Shown one piece after another: positions 24,053-35,840 of a stretch of 62,017 nt of DNA. The translations under genes and the position numbers were made by a program. This stretch comes from Octopus bimaculoides. Taxonomy: Eukaryota. Each line of letters starts with the position of its first letter. Position 1 is the first letter of the stretch. The notes under the pieces are model-generated. The model was not told the origin of the DNA and did no database searches. It saw nothing but the letters and a program-made list of their open reading frames with translations. Location: contig NC_068990.1 of NCBI RefSeq assembly GCF_001194135.2, forward strand, positions 15,977,863 to 16,039,879, in the 5' to 3' direction.

Positions 24053-25323
24053 CCTAGAATTCCTCACTGCTGCTCCTGATTCAATACAATTCCTTTTTGG
24101 CATTTACTTAAGTTTGTGTGTACCAAGCTCTAATTCTGTGATACAAATTAAATGTTAATTTATGATCCAAATGTAAGGCAGCAAGCTGGCAAAATTGTTA
24201 GCATGCCAGAAAAATTGCTTAGTGGCATTTCATCCATCTTATGTTCTGAGTTCAAATTCTGCTGAGCTTGACTTTGCCTTTCATCCTCTTGGGCTTGATA
24301 AAATAAGTACCAGTTGAGCACTGGGGTTGATGTAATCAACTTAACCCTTACCCTGAACTTGCTGGCCTTGTGCCAAAATTTGAAACCAGTCTGTATTCCA
24401 AACACCAGATTAACAATGACAAAGTTATTTTACTAAATTCATTATTTTCAAAATTAATTTCCAGCAGTCAGGTGTCTAGCATTGACAAGGATAAAGAAGG
24501 TTGAAATCATGTGATCTGGTAGTCCTGGTGGTGGCAATGATGGTGAGTGTCTTCCACTAGCAATGTAAACAAGAGGGTTTATATGCACCACAAAACCTTA
24601 TGAAGGGTTCTCTTATGGCAACTATTGCAGTATTCTGTGTTCTAACATGACATTCACTTATAAGTGGTGATAGATATTACCTTTTGGTGTTAATACTGTC
24701 TCTGTTGCTATTAATTATTTTTTAAAGGCAGTGTATTTCAGCAAAAATATGGTAACAAAAGGATTAAACAGACCTATGTCAAAAGGTATCCCCACCATGA
24801 CCATCCTGTCATTTTTATTTAACATCAATTAATCCCACACTATATCATCTAATGATGGTAGGGTGTAATTTAACCCTTCTGATATCAACCTGCCTGAGAC
24901 CATCCCTGGTTCTGTGATACAAATTTCTTGTTTTAAAGTGATCTAAATTTTAAAAAGAAACCTACCCTCTAAACTTCATGTCAATTTATGTTAGTAAATT
25001 AATTTCATGTTAATTTACTAAATTCTTCACTATTTTACTAAATTATTTAGTAAATTCTTTTATTATTACTAAATTCTTCATTATTTCAAAGTTTATTGCA
25101 ATCAAGGCATAACAAAATGGTTATGATACAAAATGTTTAATAATTGTAGCAGGTTAATTGTGGACATCACAACATACTTCAGAATATGGAAACTAAAATA
25201 AGTCCAAAGTACATAAAATAAATATTTAAATAAACAAATAGAAATTTTAAAAAAATCAAGAGCAAAAAAAAAGAAAAGTTAACATGGTGATTTGTTTTTC
25301 AGGCTTTTCTTTGTTCTTATTCA

Positions 25324-26148
25324 TATGCAATGGGTAAATTGTCGCCATTTTATATTTTTTATTTCACACATGTGCATTGTTTGTTTTTGATTTTGTTGAC
25401 TACACAGTATAGTATGGTCAGCTGGGCACTGTCAGTGAGAAAAACAGCACCATGGTGCAATTCACTCTGCCAGAAATTTGGAAACAATATGCTGTACAGC
25501 TTGGCATTCACACTGGAAGCTCCAATATGAACATTTCAGAGTGTTTGGATGTCAATCTGAGGACATGTACCGATGTTTGCAGTGATCACTAGTGATAACA
25601 ACGTTATGCCTCCATTCATCTTCCCACATGACCTCAGACTGAACACAGAGGCTTACATCAAGTGCCTGGCAGTGGCAGTGCTGCCCTGGATCAAGAGGGG
25701 GGCTGCTAGAAGATCCTACAACAGGGTTACTGCACCATGCCACACAAGCAGAAGAACCCAGTCATGGCTGTCAGACAATATCTGCGACCACATCACCCCT
25801 AACATCTGGCCACCTAACTCCCCAGACTGCAACCCTTTTGATTATTGTGAGTGGGGCACAGTTGAGCAAGAGACCAACGAAACTCCTTGTAACACCAAAG
25901 ATGAATTGAAAGCAAGGATTATAGCAGCATTCACCAACTTAAACAAGGAGACCACCCAGAAGTGTTGCAGGAGATTCTGAAGTTGTCTGGAGGCTGTGGT
26001 TGAAGCCAATGAAAATTTTATTGAATAAATTTATTCTTTAGTAATTTAATATATTTTAATGTAATTTTGGTAAATATATCTGTTAAAATGAGGTGTCAGT
26101 GTTATATTCACTTTTGTGTAATTTAGACAATTTATTCATTGCACCCTG
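25324..26148 (+). mobile_element. Tc1/mariner DD37D (maT-type) transposon, internally deleted
   Basis: N-terminal MVQFTLPEIWK… fused to catalytic VITSD…PCHTSRRTQSWL…WPPNSPDCNPFDY; right TIR …ATTGCACCCTG|TA; partial left TIR TGCAATGGGTAAATTGTC. Confidence 0.85.
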
Positions 26149-26172
26149 TATATAGGTACAAGTGTGGATATA

Positions 26173-26550
26173 TAGGCACAAACATAGCCATGTGGTAAGA
26201 AATTTGCTTCCCAACCACATGGTTCCAAGTTTAGTCCCACTGCATTGCACCTTGGGCAAGTATCTTCTAGTAAGGGATTGGGCTGACCAAAGCCTTCTGA
26301 GTGTATTTTGTAGACATAAAAATTGTAAGAAGTTCATCATATATATGTATCTATATATACATCTATGTGTATGTGTGTCTTTGTGTCTGTGTTTATCCTC
26401 CACCTTCACTTGACAACCGGTGTTGGTGCGTTTACATCCTCTTAACATAGCACTTTGGTCAAAGAGAACGATTGAGTAAGTACCAGGCTTTAAAAAAATA
26501 AAATAAGTGCCCCAGCATGGCCATAGTCTAATGACTTAAACATGTAAAAG
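26173..26550 (+). mobile_element. SINE family 1, full length
   Basis: Head, core and tail as in the other copies. Confidence 0.85.
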
Positions 26551-26595
26551 ATATAAAAAAAGATATAAGATGGTGGTTTGTTTTTCAGGTTTTTC

Positions 26596-26629
<34 letters not shown>

Positions 26630-26791
26630 TGTGTGTGTGTGTGTGTATGCATGTGTGTGTGTGTGTGTGTGTGTGTGTTTGTGTAAATTGATCAGTTTAG
26701 CTGAGTGTCATTTTAGCAAAGCGCATCCAGCCATTTATAACTTGTGAATTTCAGCTAGCAGACGTTAACTGTTATTTATTTATTTCTACAG

Positions 26792-26815
26792 CTCAGCAGT
26801 TAGTGTGATCACACG
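26792..26815 (+). other. Candidate 24-nt microexon (phase 2-2, xSAVSVITR)
   Basis: Branch-like GTTAAC, tract TTATTTATTTATTTCTACAG, donor ACG|GTAATA; only one open frame; flanks unique and CpG-retaining. Confidence 0.3.
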
Positions 26816-27089
26816 GTAATAATGATTTCCAGGTCACTTCTTGTCCTTTCCCGGTTAGGAGTTGGGGTGCAAATATGAATAAACGTTTATAACGCTATGA
26901 TGATGAGAATAGTTTGGAAGGGTGTTGTGGTAGTGGGGGTGCTGGCAACTCTGGTGGTGATTGGTTGTGGTGGAGGGAATCGACTTGCAATTAAATCAAA
27001 TCTGAACAAAGTAGCAAACAGCAGATTTATAAATAAACTATAATGATTTATTATTATTATTATTTTTTTTATTATCATTATGATTATAT

Positions 27090-27850
27090 AATTGCTGGCC
27101 TTGTACCTAAATCAGAATCTGTAACGAAAGTGAGTTGGCCGAATCAGCACATTGGACAGTATGCTTAAAGACATTTTCATCTGTCTTTATGTTCTGAGTT
27201 CAAATTCTACTTAGGTCAACTTTGCCTTTTCCTCTTTTCGGGGTTGAAAAAAAAATAAGTATCAGTTGAGCACTGGGGCTAAAGCATGCAACTAACCGTC
27301 TCCTTCAAATTGTCAGTCTTTATACCTATAGTTGAAAGGATTATTATTATTAGTACATAATTGCTGGCTTTGTGCCTAAGTCAGAAACCATTATAAAGGT
27401 GACCTCATAGAATTGTTAGAACATCATATAAAATACTTTGCAATATTTATTTTGGTTCTTTAAGTTCTGTGTTCAAATCCCATCTAGGTCGACTTTGCCT
27501 TTCATCCCTCCTGGGTTAATAAAATAAATACCAATTGAGCACTGGTGTCAATGTAATTGACTTACCCCTCCACTCCCAAAATAGCTGACCTTGTGCCAAA
27601 ATTTGAAAGAATTATTATTATTAAGGTAGCGAGCTGACAGAATTGTTAGCACATCAGGCAAAATGCTTAGCAGCATTTCTTTTAACTTTACGTTCTGAGC
27701 TCAAATTTTGCTGTGGTTGACTCATCCTTTCATCCTTTTGGGGTTGATAAAAATAAGTACCAGTTGAGCACTGGAATTGATGTAATTGTCTTACCCCCGC
27801 TCCTGAAATTGCTGGCCTTGTGCTAAAATTAGAAACTATTATTATTACTA
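27090..27850 (+). mobile_element. Tandem/nested array of three SINE family 2 copies plus tail remnants
   Basis: Repeated TTCTG(A/T)G(T/C)TCAAAT…GTACCAGTTGAGCACTGG…ATTGCTGGCCTTGT units separated by (ATT)n. Confidence 0.85.
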
Positions 27851-28419
27851 TTGTTGTTTATTGCTGACGTTGAATGTATGCTAGAAGTTCTGTGAGTTTG
27901 TACCTTGTTTTTCCTTTTTAGGGATTTATTTAAGTTGAATTTGTTGTTCCACTGTGTTTCTTAGTTGATCAGAACCATAAGGGACTGATTAATCATTTTT
28001 GCAACTTGCCCTTCTGAGCAACATTATAAAAGGGAGAAAAAGTTTTGAAGCATAGAAAAAATTTCAAAATGGCTTCTTCATCTTTGTTGGTTGGCCAAAA
28101 AGAAAGGAAGGTAGGAGGGGGGTTTGAAAGTGAAACCACCTCTTGCAGTCAACTCCCATCATACAATGCTATAAATGTAGTAGTACTTTAAACAGTATTT
28201 AAATAGTAGCAACCACAGTAACAACAATAACATGCCTAACAAAGAAGCTCACAGAATTACTATCAGGAGAGAAGAGTGTTTTGCCACCCTTGTCACCACT
28301 ATAGCAACAAATTAGTAGTACAAGCAAAAGCACCACTACCATCCCAATGATAAACAACAATGGCTGCAACAATAGTAAAAGCAGCAACAGCACAGTAGTA
28401 AAAGCACTGCAAAGAATAT

Positions 28420-28800
28420 TTCTTTTGCCAAAATTACCAATGTTTTTGACTTTGTTTCACTCAACAAAAAGCATGAATATTTAGAAGAGGTGGAGAAACA
28501 CATCAGCAAACTAGAACAAAGAAAAGTTATGTTCAATATAACATAACATCTTTTAGACCAAAGAGAGAGAAAAACAATTCTGTATAGATACTCATCTATG
28601 AAAATACACAAATTAGAACATATACTTTCAGACTAAGCTGAACTCTGGTTAAAAAACATTTAACCAGACATTGATTTTGTGGGACATGCCTATAAGTTTG
28701 GATGTATCCAAGTTATTTTCCACTCAAAAACACTAGTGCAGATGCTCTCTGCCATCTCAAAGAACTGAAGATTTTACACTGATAACAATCACCTCAAGGA
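28420..28800 (+). pseudogene. Decayed coding remnant, probably a LINE ORF1
   Basis: One frame reads FDFVSLNKKHEYLEEVEKHISKLEQRK…PDIDFVGHAYKFGCIQVIF with 3 in-frame stops; no splice structure. Confidence 0.35.
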
Positions 28801-29718
28801 TTTCTGCTCCCAACTACAACAGAAAATGACAGCTGAATGAAGGCCTCCACTACTGCTAGTGCCAACAACAGTGACAAAAATCTCGAAACAACATAAAAGA
28901 CCATTATGAGGTTAAAGGCAAGAGTGATTTTTACAGCAGTCTGTTAAATCATCTCCAGAAAACAATAAGAATTTGAATGACTGAAATTAGAAAAAGCAAA
29001 CAGATTTATGAAGAAAACCTCACCAGTAAAGGACCAGTATGGATTCTACATACAATGCAAATAACAGTAATAATAATAATAGTTTCAAATTTTGACACAA
29101 GGCTAACAATTTGGCTGGAGGGCATAAGTCGATTAAATCAACCCTTGTATTCAACAGGTACTTATTTTATCAACCCCAAAAGAATGAAAGGCAAAGTCAA
29201 CCTTGGCATAATTTAAACTCAGAATGCAAAGACACACAGAATACATTTTGCCTGGTATACTAATGATTTTGACAGTAATTATAATAATTCCTTGTTTAAG
29301 GGACAAGGTCAGCAATTTTGAGAGGACATGGTGTAGCCAATACCATTGACTCCAGTACTTGACTGGTGCTTTATTTTATCACTTCCTGAAGGATGAAAGA
29401 CAAAATTGACCTTGGATGGATTTGAACTCAGAATATAAGAGGCTGGAATGAATGCAGTAGATCATTTTTCCAACACTGTAATTAATGATTCTGCCAGCTC
29501 ACTGCCTTAATAATAATAACAACAACAACAACAGGGATAATGATGATGATAATAATAGTAATAAGTCCAATCAATAATCTAAACTGGGTGTTGTGTCTCT
29601 TTCTTGATGGCATTTTACCTGCCTATTTACTGAGTGTGACGAAGTCGTTTATAGTAATGTCTGACTTTGGCATAAGGCCAATCTTTCAGTTATCTTGTTT
29701 TGCCTGAGAGAGAGACCT

Positions 29719-29749
<31 letters not shown>

Positions 29750-30271
29750 GCGTGCTTGCATACGAGTGTGTATATGAATCTATATGAATGTGATATGTAT
29801 GTGTTTACACACTCACATGAGATACAGGAATAGAGATGTGGAATGAGAATGGGAAAGAGATATATAGATAATGGTGATGTGAAGGAGAGATGGTAGAGAA
29901 AATGAGTAAGAAAGAAAGAGGGAGCCACACATGCACACATGGAGGATGAGATTTAGTGAGAAGAAGGAGGAAAGAGCTGGAAAAGTAGATGAGAGAGACA
30001 GAGTAAAAAAGAGTGAGAGAGAGAAGTATAAATAATAGAGAGGGAAAGAGGACAGAAGAAAGATGTAGAAAGATAGATAAGAGTCAGTGATGGAGAGATC
30101 ATGGAAAGTGGTGGGGGTGTGGGAGATCGTGGAAAGATGAAATACATGATTAAAAAAACCAATGAAAATCTTCATATCCAGAAATCTGCTGGTTAAGGTC
30201 AATTGATTTACTGTTGAACAACTCAACATCTTGTCATCTTATCATATGGGCATTGAATATGGTGAATACAT

Positions 30272-30610
30272 CATTATCATCATCATCATCGTTTAATGTC
30301 TGATTTCCATGCTAGCATGGGTTGGACGATTTGACTGAAGACTGGTGAACTGGATGGCTGCACCAAGCTCCAATCTGATCTGGCAGAATTTCTACAGCTG
30401 GATGCCCTTCCTATCGCCAACCATTCTGAGAGTGTAGTGGGTGCTTTTACGTGCCACAGGCATGAGGGCCAGTCATACGTTACTGGCAACGGCCATGCTC
30501 AAAATGGTGTTTTTTACATGCCACCTGCACAGGAGCCAGTCCAGCGGCACTGGCATCCACCTCACTCGAATGATTTTCTAACGTGCCATCAGCATATTGA
30601 TACAAATCAT
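30272..30610 (-). mobile_element. RTE 3' UTR/tail fragment
   Basis: (CAT)n, TTCCATGCTAGCATGGG, GCTGGATGCCC modules; related fragments at 33220-33533(+), 38060-38720(+), 43060-43232(+), 52440-52660(-), 53960-54170(+), 58430-58645(+). Confidence 0.85.
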
Positions 30611-30899
30611 GAACTGATACAGGTAGAGGAACAGTTTGTATTATTTCATATCTTTTGCTTACAAGATCAAATCTAATGTGAAGTATGAGCCGATATAACC
30701 AGAGGGACAATAGAGGAACTGGTAAAATACATTATATGTTTCGTCTCTTTTGGTTGTGAGTTCAAATTTCACTGTGGTTTGCTCTACACAATTCCTCTAC
30801 CTGCTAGATGTACCTGCCAAATCTCATATTGATCACATGTTATTGTCTTATGAAAAAGGAGGAATGCATAGAATAATGTATTCTGAGGTATGCTATGCC

Positions 30900-31113
30900 T
30901 GAAAAAATAATTAAAACAGAGTGGTCATGGCTGCAGTACTTTTGTTCATTGGTTTCCTGGATCAGCTCTGATTCCAGGGTTAAGAACAATGACATCATCC
31001 TGCAAGATGATGGGTATCGCATCCCTAAGTATCTACAGTATGGTCAACTTGACTGTGGATCATGTCCAGTGGACAATCCTTACTTGAGATATAGGGAGGC
31101 ATGGCAAAAGTGA
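30900..31113 (+). mobile_element. Old RTE (BovB-like) RT C-terminal remnant
   Basis: DDGYRIPKYLQYGQLDCGSCPVDNPYLRYRE resembles the DGRIPKDLLYGEL..GSRP.GRP.LRY motif. Confidence 0.6.
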
Positions 31114-31717
31114 TTTCTGTTCAATTATATTGAAATAAATTCATGGGAAAGACATAACATAACCGTTTACACTCAGAGACATACTGTGAAGAAGGATATT
31201 AAGAAAAGTGAAGGATAGTCAAAATCAACTACAGACAAACATGCACACACTCTCATACTTACACCCAAACAAAGGTGGAGAGGCATGAACTCTACGTGTC
31301 TTCTCAGCCTTTATCTGTGGTGATTGACTGCAATAATGATCACCATTCTTGAATAGATTTACACAGTGATCACATATGATGTGCCAACATGATGAGAAAG
31401 AGATAGTGAATGGAGGGGAAAAGGAGGGAAATGAAGAAATTTCCATCGTCTTCCTAAACAGATGGAGACAGACAACAAATACACTGTGGAGTGATTCAAT
31501 CAACTTTACTTCCTTTTAAAAATTTAGGACTTTGTAAGAACATAAGAACTCATTAGTTTATAATCCTGCTTAAATTTAGAAAAAATATATCACATTTCAT
31601 CTCTGCCAGACACCAAAGATGATTTAATGGTGAAAGAGACTAAAAGAGAATTGGCTGATAAGCGGAAAGAGTTCAGTTGAACAGTAGTGTACAGAATATT
31701 AAGATAATATTTGAGAA

Positions 31718-31776
31718 ATGTCAGTTGGTAAGTTCAACTTCCGGCTGTTGGAGTTAAAGTGTTTTGAACTTCCGGT
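31718..31776 (+). promoter_or_regulatory. Candidate alternative first-exon end (ATG TCA GTT G|GTAAGT) with paired ETS sites
   Basis: Consensus donor at 31727/31728; ACTTCCGG at 31737-31744 and 31768-31775, CpGs preserved in a depleted region. Confidence 0.35.
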
Positions 31777-32772
31777 CATATTGAATTGATATGGTTGAGA
31801 TAGAAACAGAGGTGTAGAATAGAAATGAAGAAAATGAAATATATTATACGCACATGCATTTACTACAACAGAAAATTTGAGTGACTTTGTTATGTAGTTT
31901 GTTCAAAATATAATAAAAGATATTAAAAAGCAATTAACAATAGAAGCACCAATGGATGTATAGTTGAAAAATTTGCTTTGCAACTACATGGTTTTGGGTT
32001 CTGTCCCACTGCACAGCACTTTGGGCTCTTAATAGTATTTAAGGCCAATGTAAATTTACTATATTCAATGTATTTGATTTGTAAAGTACAAATCAAGGTA
32101 CTAAATGTAGCTGTAGGTAAAAAGTTTTTTAAAAAAATAGGCTCAGGTGTAGCTGTGTGGTAAGAAGCTTGTTTCCCAATTACATAGTTCCAGGTTCAGT
32201 CCCACTGCATGTCATCTTGGGCAAGTGCCTTTTACTATTGCTTTGGGCCGATCAAAGTCTTGTGAGTGGATTTGGTAGACAGAAACTGAAAGGAGCCCAT
32301 CCTATGTATAGTCTGTTAAAATGAATTCTCAAACACACATATAGCATCTTTTACCTCTGATGATATTATGCTTATGTTGCATAAATGTAAATTTAATGTT
32401 TATTGAGTATTAATAAAAACAGCTGTAAGTGAAGATGACCAGTTTGCTGTTAATAATAAACAATTATTAACTTCCCAGTCTCCATTTTCTTCTTCTTTTA
32501 AATGTGTGTGTGTGTGTGCGTATATATATATATATTTATATTTATGTGTGTGTGTCTTTGTGTCTGTGTTTGTCCCCAACCACTGCTTGACAACCGGTGT
32601 TGGTGTGTTTATGCCCCTGTGACATAGTGGTTTGGCAAAAGAGAGTGATAGAATAAGTACCAGGCTTAATAAAAAATAAGTTGATTCATTCAACTATAAA
32701 AAAAATTGTTGAGGGCGGTGTTGCAGCATGGCCGCAGTCTAATGACTGAAATAAGTAAAAGATAAATAGACT

Positions 32773-32961
32773 TGGCTGTGTGGTAAGAAGTTTACATCCC
32801 AATCACATGGTTCCATGTTCAGTCCCAATACATGACACCTTGGGCAAGTGTCTTCTAATATAGTCTTGGGCTGTCCAAAGCTTTGTGAGTGGATTTGGTG
32901 GGGACTGAACCTAGAACCAAGTGGTTGGGAAGTAAACTTCTTATTACACAGCCATGCCTGC
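32773..32961. mobile_element. SINE family 1 5' part followed by an inverted copy of its own head (fold-back)
   Basis: 32773-32826 vs 32901-32954 are reverse complements, ~47/54 identical. Confidence 0.8.
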
Positions 32962-33546
32962 ACACATACACATGCAATTGCACACACACATTTATTTCTT
33001 ACCCTTTTCAGTCATTGAACTGTGGTGATGCTGCGGTACTCCCTCGAAGGGTTTAGTTGAGTAAGTTAAACCCAGTACTTTTTATTAAAGTTTGGTACTT
33101 ATTCTGTCCACCTCTTATGCCAAACTGCAAAGTTACGAGATGTAAACAAACTAACACAAGGTGCAAGGAAAAATCTGACACATGCACACACATACATATA
33201 TACACACATCTATCTGTCTAGACCTGTTGAGTCAAGTAAAACCAATATCATAGGTGGGGCCAGTGCCCCTTGACTGGCTCCCGTGCTGGTGGCACGTAAA
33301 AAGTGCTATCCAAACGTGGTTCATGCCAGGTCCACCTGACTGGCTCTTGTGCTGGTGGCATGTAAAAAGCATCCACTACACTCTTGGAATGGTTGGCGTT
33401 AGGAAGGGCATCCAGCTGTAGAAACATTGCCAGATCAGATTGGAGCCTGGTGCAGCCGCTGGCTCTCCAGACCTCAGTCAAACTGTCCTACCCATGCCAG
33501 CATGGAAAATGGACGTTAAACGATGATGATGATATTTATATTTAGG

Positions 33547-33568
33547 GAGAGAGAGAGAGAGAGAGAGA

Positions 33569-33632
<64 letters not shown>
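33547..33632. repeat. (GA)n microsatellite
   Basis: Direct. Confidence 0.95.
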
Positions 33633-33634
<2 letters not shown>

Positions 33635-34217
33635 TAGAGTAGTCTTAGATAGATAAAAAGGCAAAATGGTCAGTAGTTGGGCATTTCTGACTGTGGGTCT
33701 TGCTTAGTCAGGAAAATGACCAGGGACTAAATATCAACAACAACAACAGCCACATCAATTGGCATATAATTCTGTTGTCTCTTGAATTTCAGTTTGTAGC
33801 TGATGATTCTCTCTGCCCCAGAAAGCATATGATTTTGTGAGGTTCGCCTGAACTCACTGACTTCCAACTGAGTTATTTACAAGGATTGACAAAGTGTCTT
33901 AGTGCTAAACCATGAGACATAATTACCTCCTCTACTTCCTCTACCCCAGTGCTCGAATTTCTTAAACACCACTTGATATGTTCATACTCATACACAGATA
34001 CACACCCTCACATTATAGTTGCACAAACATACAAGAAGAATAATAACTGCACATACAAACCATAAAATATAAGAAAGTTAAGTTTAAATAGGCTAGCATC
34101 CAATCCAGGGGTAAAAAGAACTCTTATTGCCTTGTTCCACTTGAAAATTTAAAGAGTTTGTTTAAGGTTATTTTCTCTTTTTTTTTTGTTTAATGAGAAC
34201 TAGCTTCTGTATTTTTT

Positions 34218-34389
34218 TTTTACTTGTTTTAATCATTAGACTGTGGCCATGCTGGAGCACTGTCTTGAAGAATTTTTAGTTGAATGTATTGACCCCAGTA
34301 CTTATTTCTTATTCAATTAGTCTCTTTTGCCAAACTGCTAAATTACGGGGATATAAACACACCAGCACTGGTTGTCAAGCGGCAATGAG

Positions 34390-34445
<56 letters not shown>

Positions 34446-34930
34446 GCATGATGGACTTCTTTCAATTTCTATCTACGAAATCCACTCACAAAGCTTTGGT
34501 TGGCTTGTGGCTGTAGTAGAAGACACTTGCCCAAGGTGCCATGCAGTGGGACTGAACACTGAACCCTGTAGTTGGGAAGCAGGCTCCTTACCACACAGCC
34601 ATGCCTGTGTCTATTAAGTCTAGTACTTATTCTGTCCATCTCTCTTGGCCAAATTACTAACTTTGGGGAAAGTAAACAAACCAACACTGGTTGTCAGATA
34701 GTGAGGAGACAAACAAATGCACATGCAGACATTCATATAGACACCTTTACACATTCACATACGCAACCATACATGAAGGGCTTCTTTCAGTTTCTGTCTA
34801 CCAAATTCACTGACAAAGCATTGGCTAACCTGTGGCTATAGTAAAAGATACTTGCATAGGGTGGCACACACTGGGAGTGAACCCAAAGCCATATGGTTGT
34901 GAAGCAAATTTCTTAACCACTCAGCCATGT
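34218..34930 (-). mobile_element. Two tandem SINE family 1 copies
   Basis: Complete copy 34218-34612 followed by a second copy 34618-34930; other full copies at 44951-45322(+), 56028-56355(+), 59270-59636(-), 59851-60220(+). Confidence 0.85.
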
Positions 34931-35764
34931 CTTCGACACGTCTGTTAAAAGAAGACATGTAACATAGGCTAATCCAAACACATAGTTTTCAGTAACATAA
35001 CAGTGTGATATAATATATCCTTTATTTTTTTTTTTCTTGTTTTAGCCATTGGACTGTTACCATACTGGGGCATCACCTGGAAGGGTTTTGTCAAACAGAT
35101 CAACCTTCAGTACTTATTTTTTGAAGTTTGACACCTATTCTATGGGGTCTCTTTTTCTGAAACAGTGAGTTATCTGGATGTAAATAAGCCAGACACTGAA
35201 CTGCAAGTAACTCACCACCAGCATATAGCTTGGAGCATATACAACATGTAAATCTTATAACTTTTGAAGCATTTTACATCACCTGATGAAGCTTAATGCA
35301 CTGTGCATTGCATTGATGTTATTACATCATCCCACATTCACAAGGGAGCAATGCAGAATGAAGCTGAAATGATTGATTGCTGATAAAGATTCTAGTAACA
35401 GTCTGTCTTCCATATCAATTGTTTAATATATATGTGTGTGTGTGTGTGCTGCATGTGTGTATATGTATATATGTGTGTGTGTGTGTGTTTGTCCAACACT
35501 CAAGCTACACATTATTATCACCAACTCTTGTTTTGTGTAATTATTTCCACCCAGATTAAGAATTTAGATTTTAAGTGTTTGGGACTTCCAAACACAGGTC
35601 CATTGTTAATCTATTATACACTTACTCTAGCATCTTCTCATCCATTTATATACATATCTATATACATCTGCATCGACCCTTTTTGGCCAGGCCTACAGAA
35701 TGATATCCCTGGTATTACTCTTCACTTGACATGTAGTATATAAATATATTTATCAATATTTCAG

Positions 35765-35840
35765 GGGATGGATATCAAATTTACCTTGATGTACATGAGC
35801 ATAGTACTAAAAAGTATGACCTATATAGTGATTACCAGAA
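35765..35840 (+). other. Candidate 76-nt coding exon (G-DGYQIYLDVHEHSTKKYDLYSDYQ-K), unassigned
   Basis: Acceptor ATATTTCAG, donor GAA|GTAAGA, open phase-1 frame; no homology recognised. Confidence 0.25.

Noticed and set aside
24458-24541. Exon-like segment with strong donor ATG|GTGAGT
   Set aside because: Stops in all three frames and the acceptor overlaps a MITE fragment; possible only as a UTR exon
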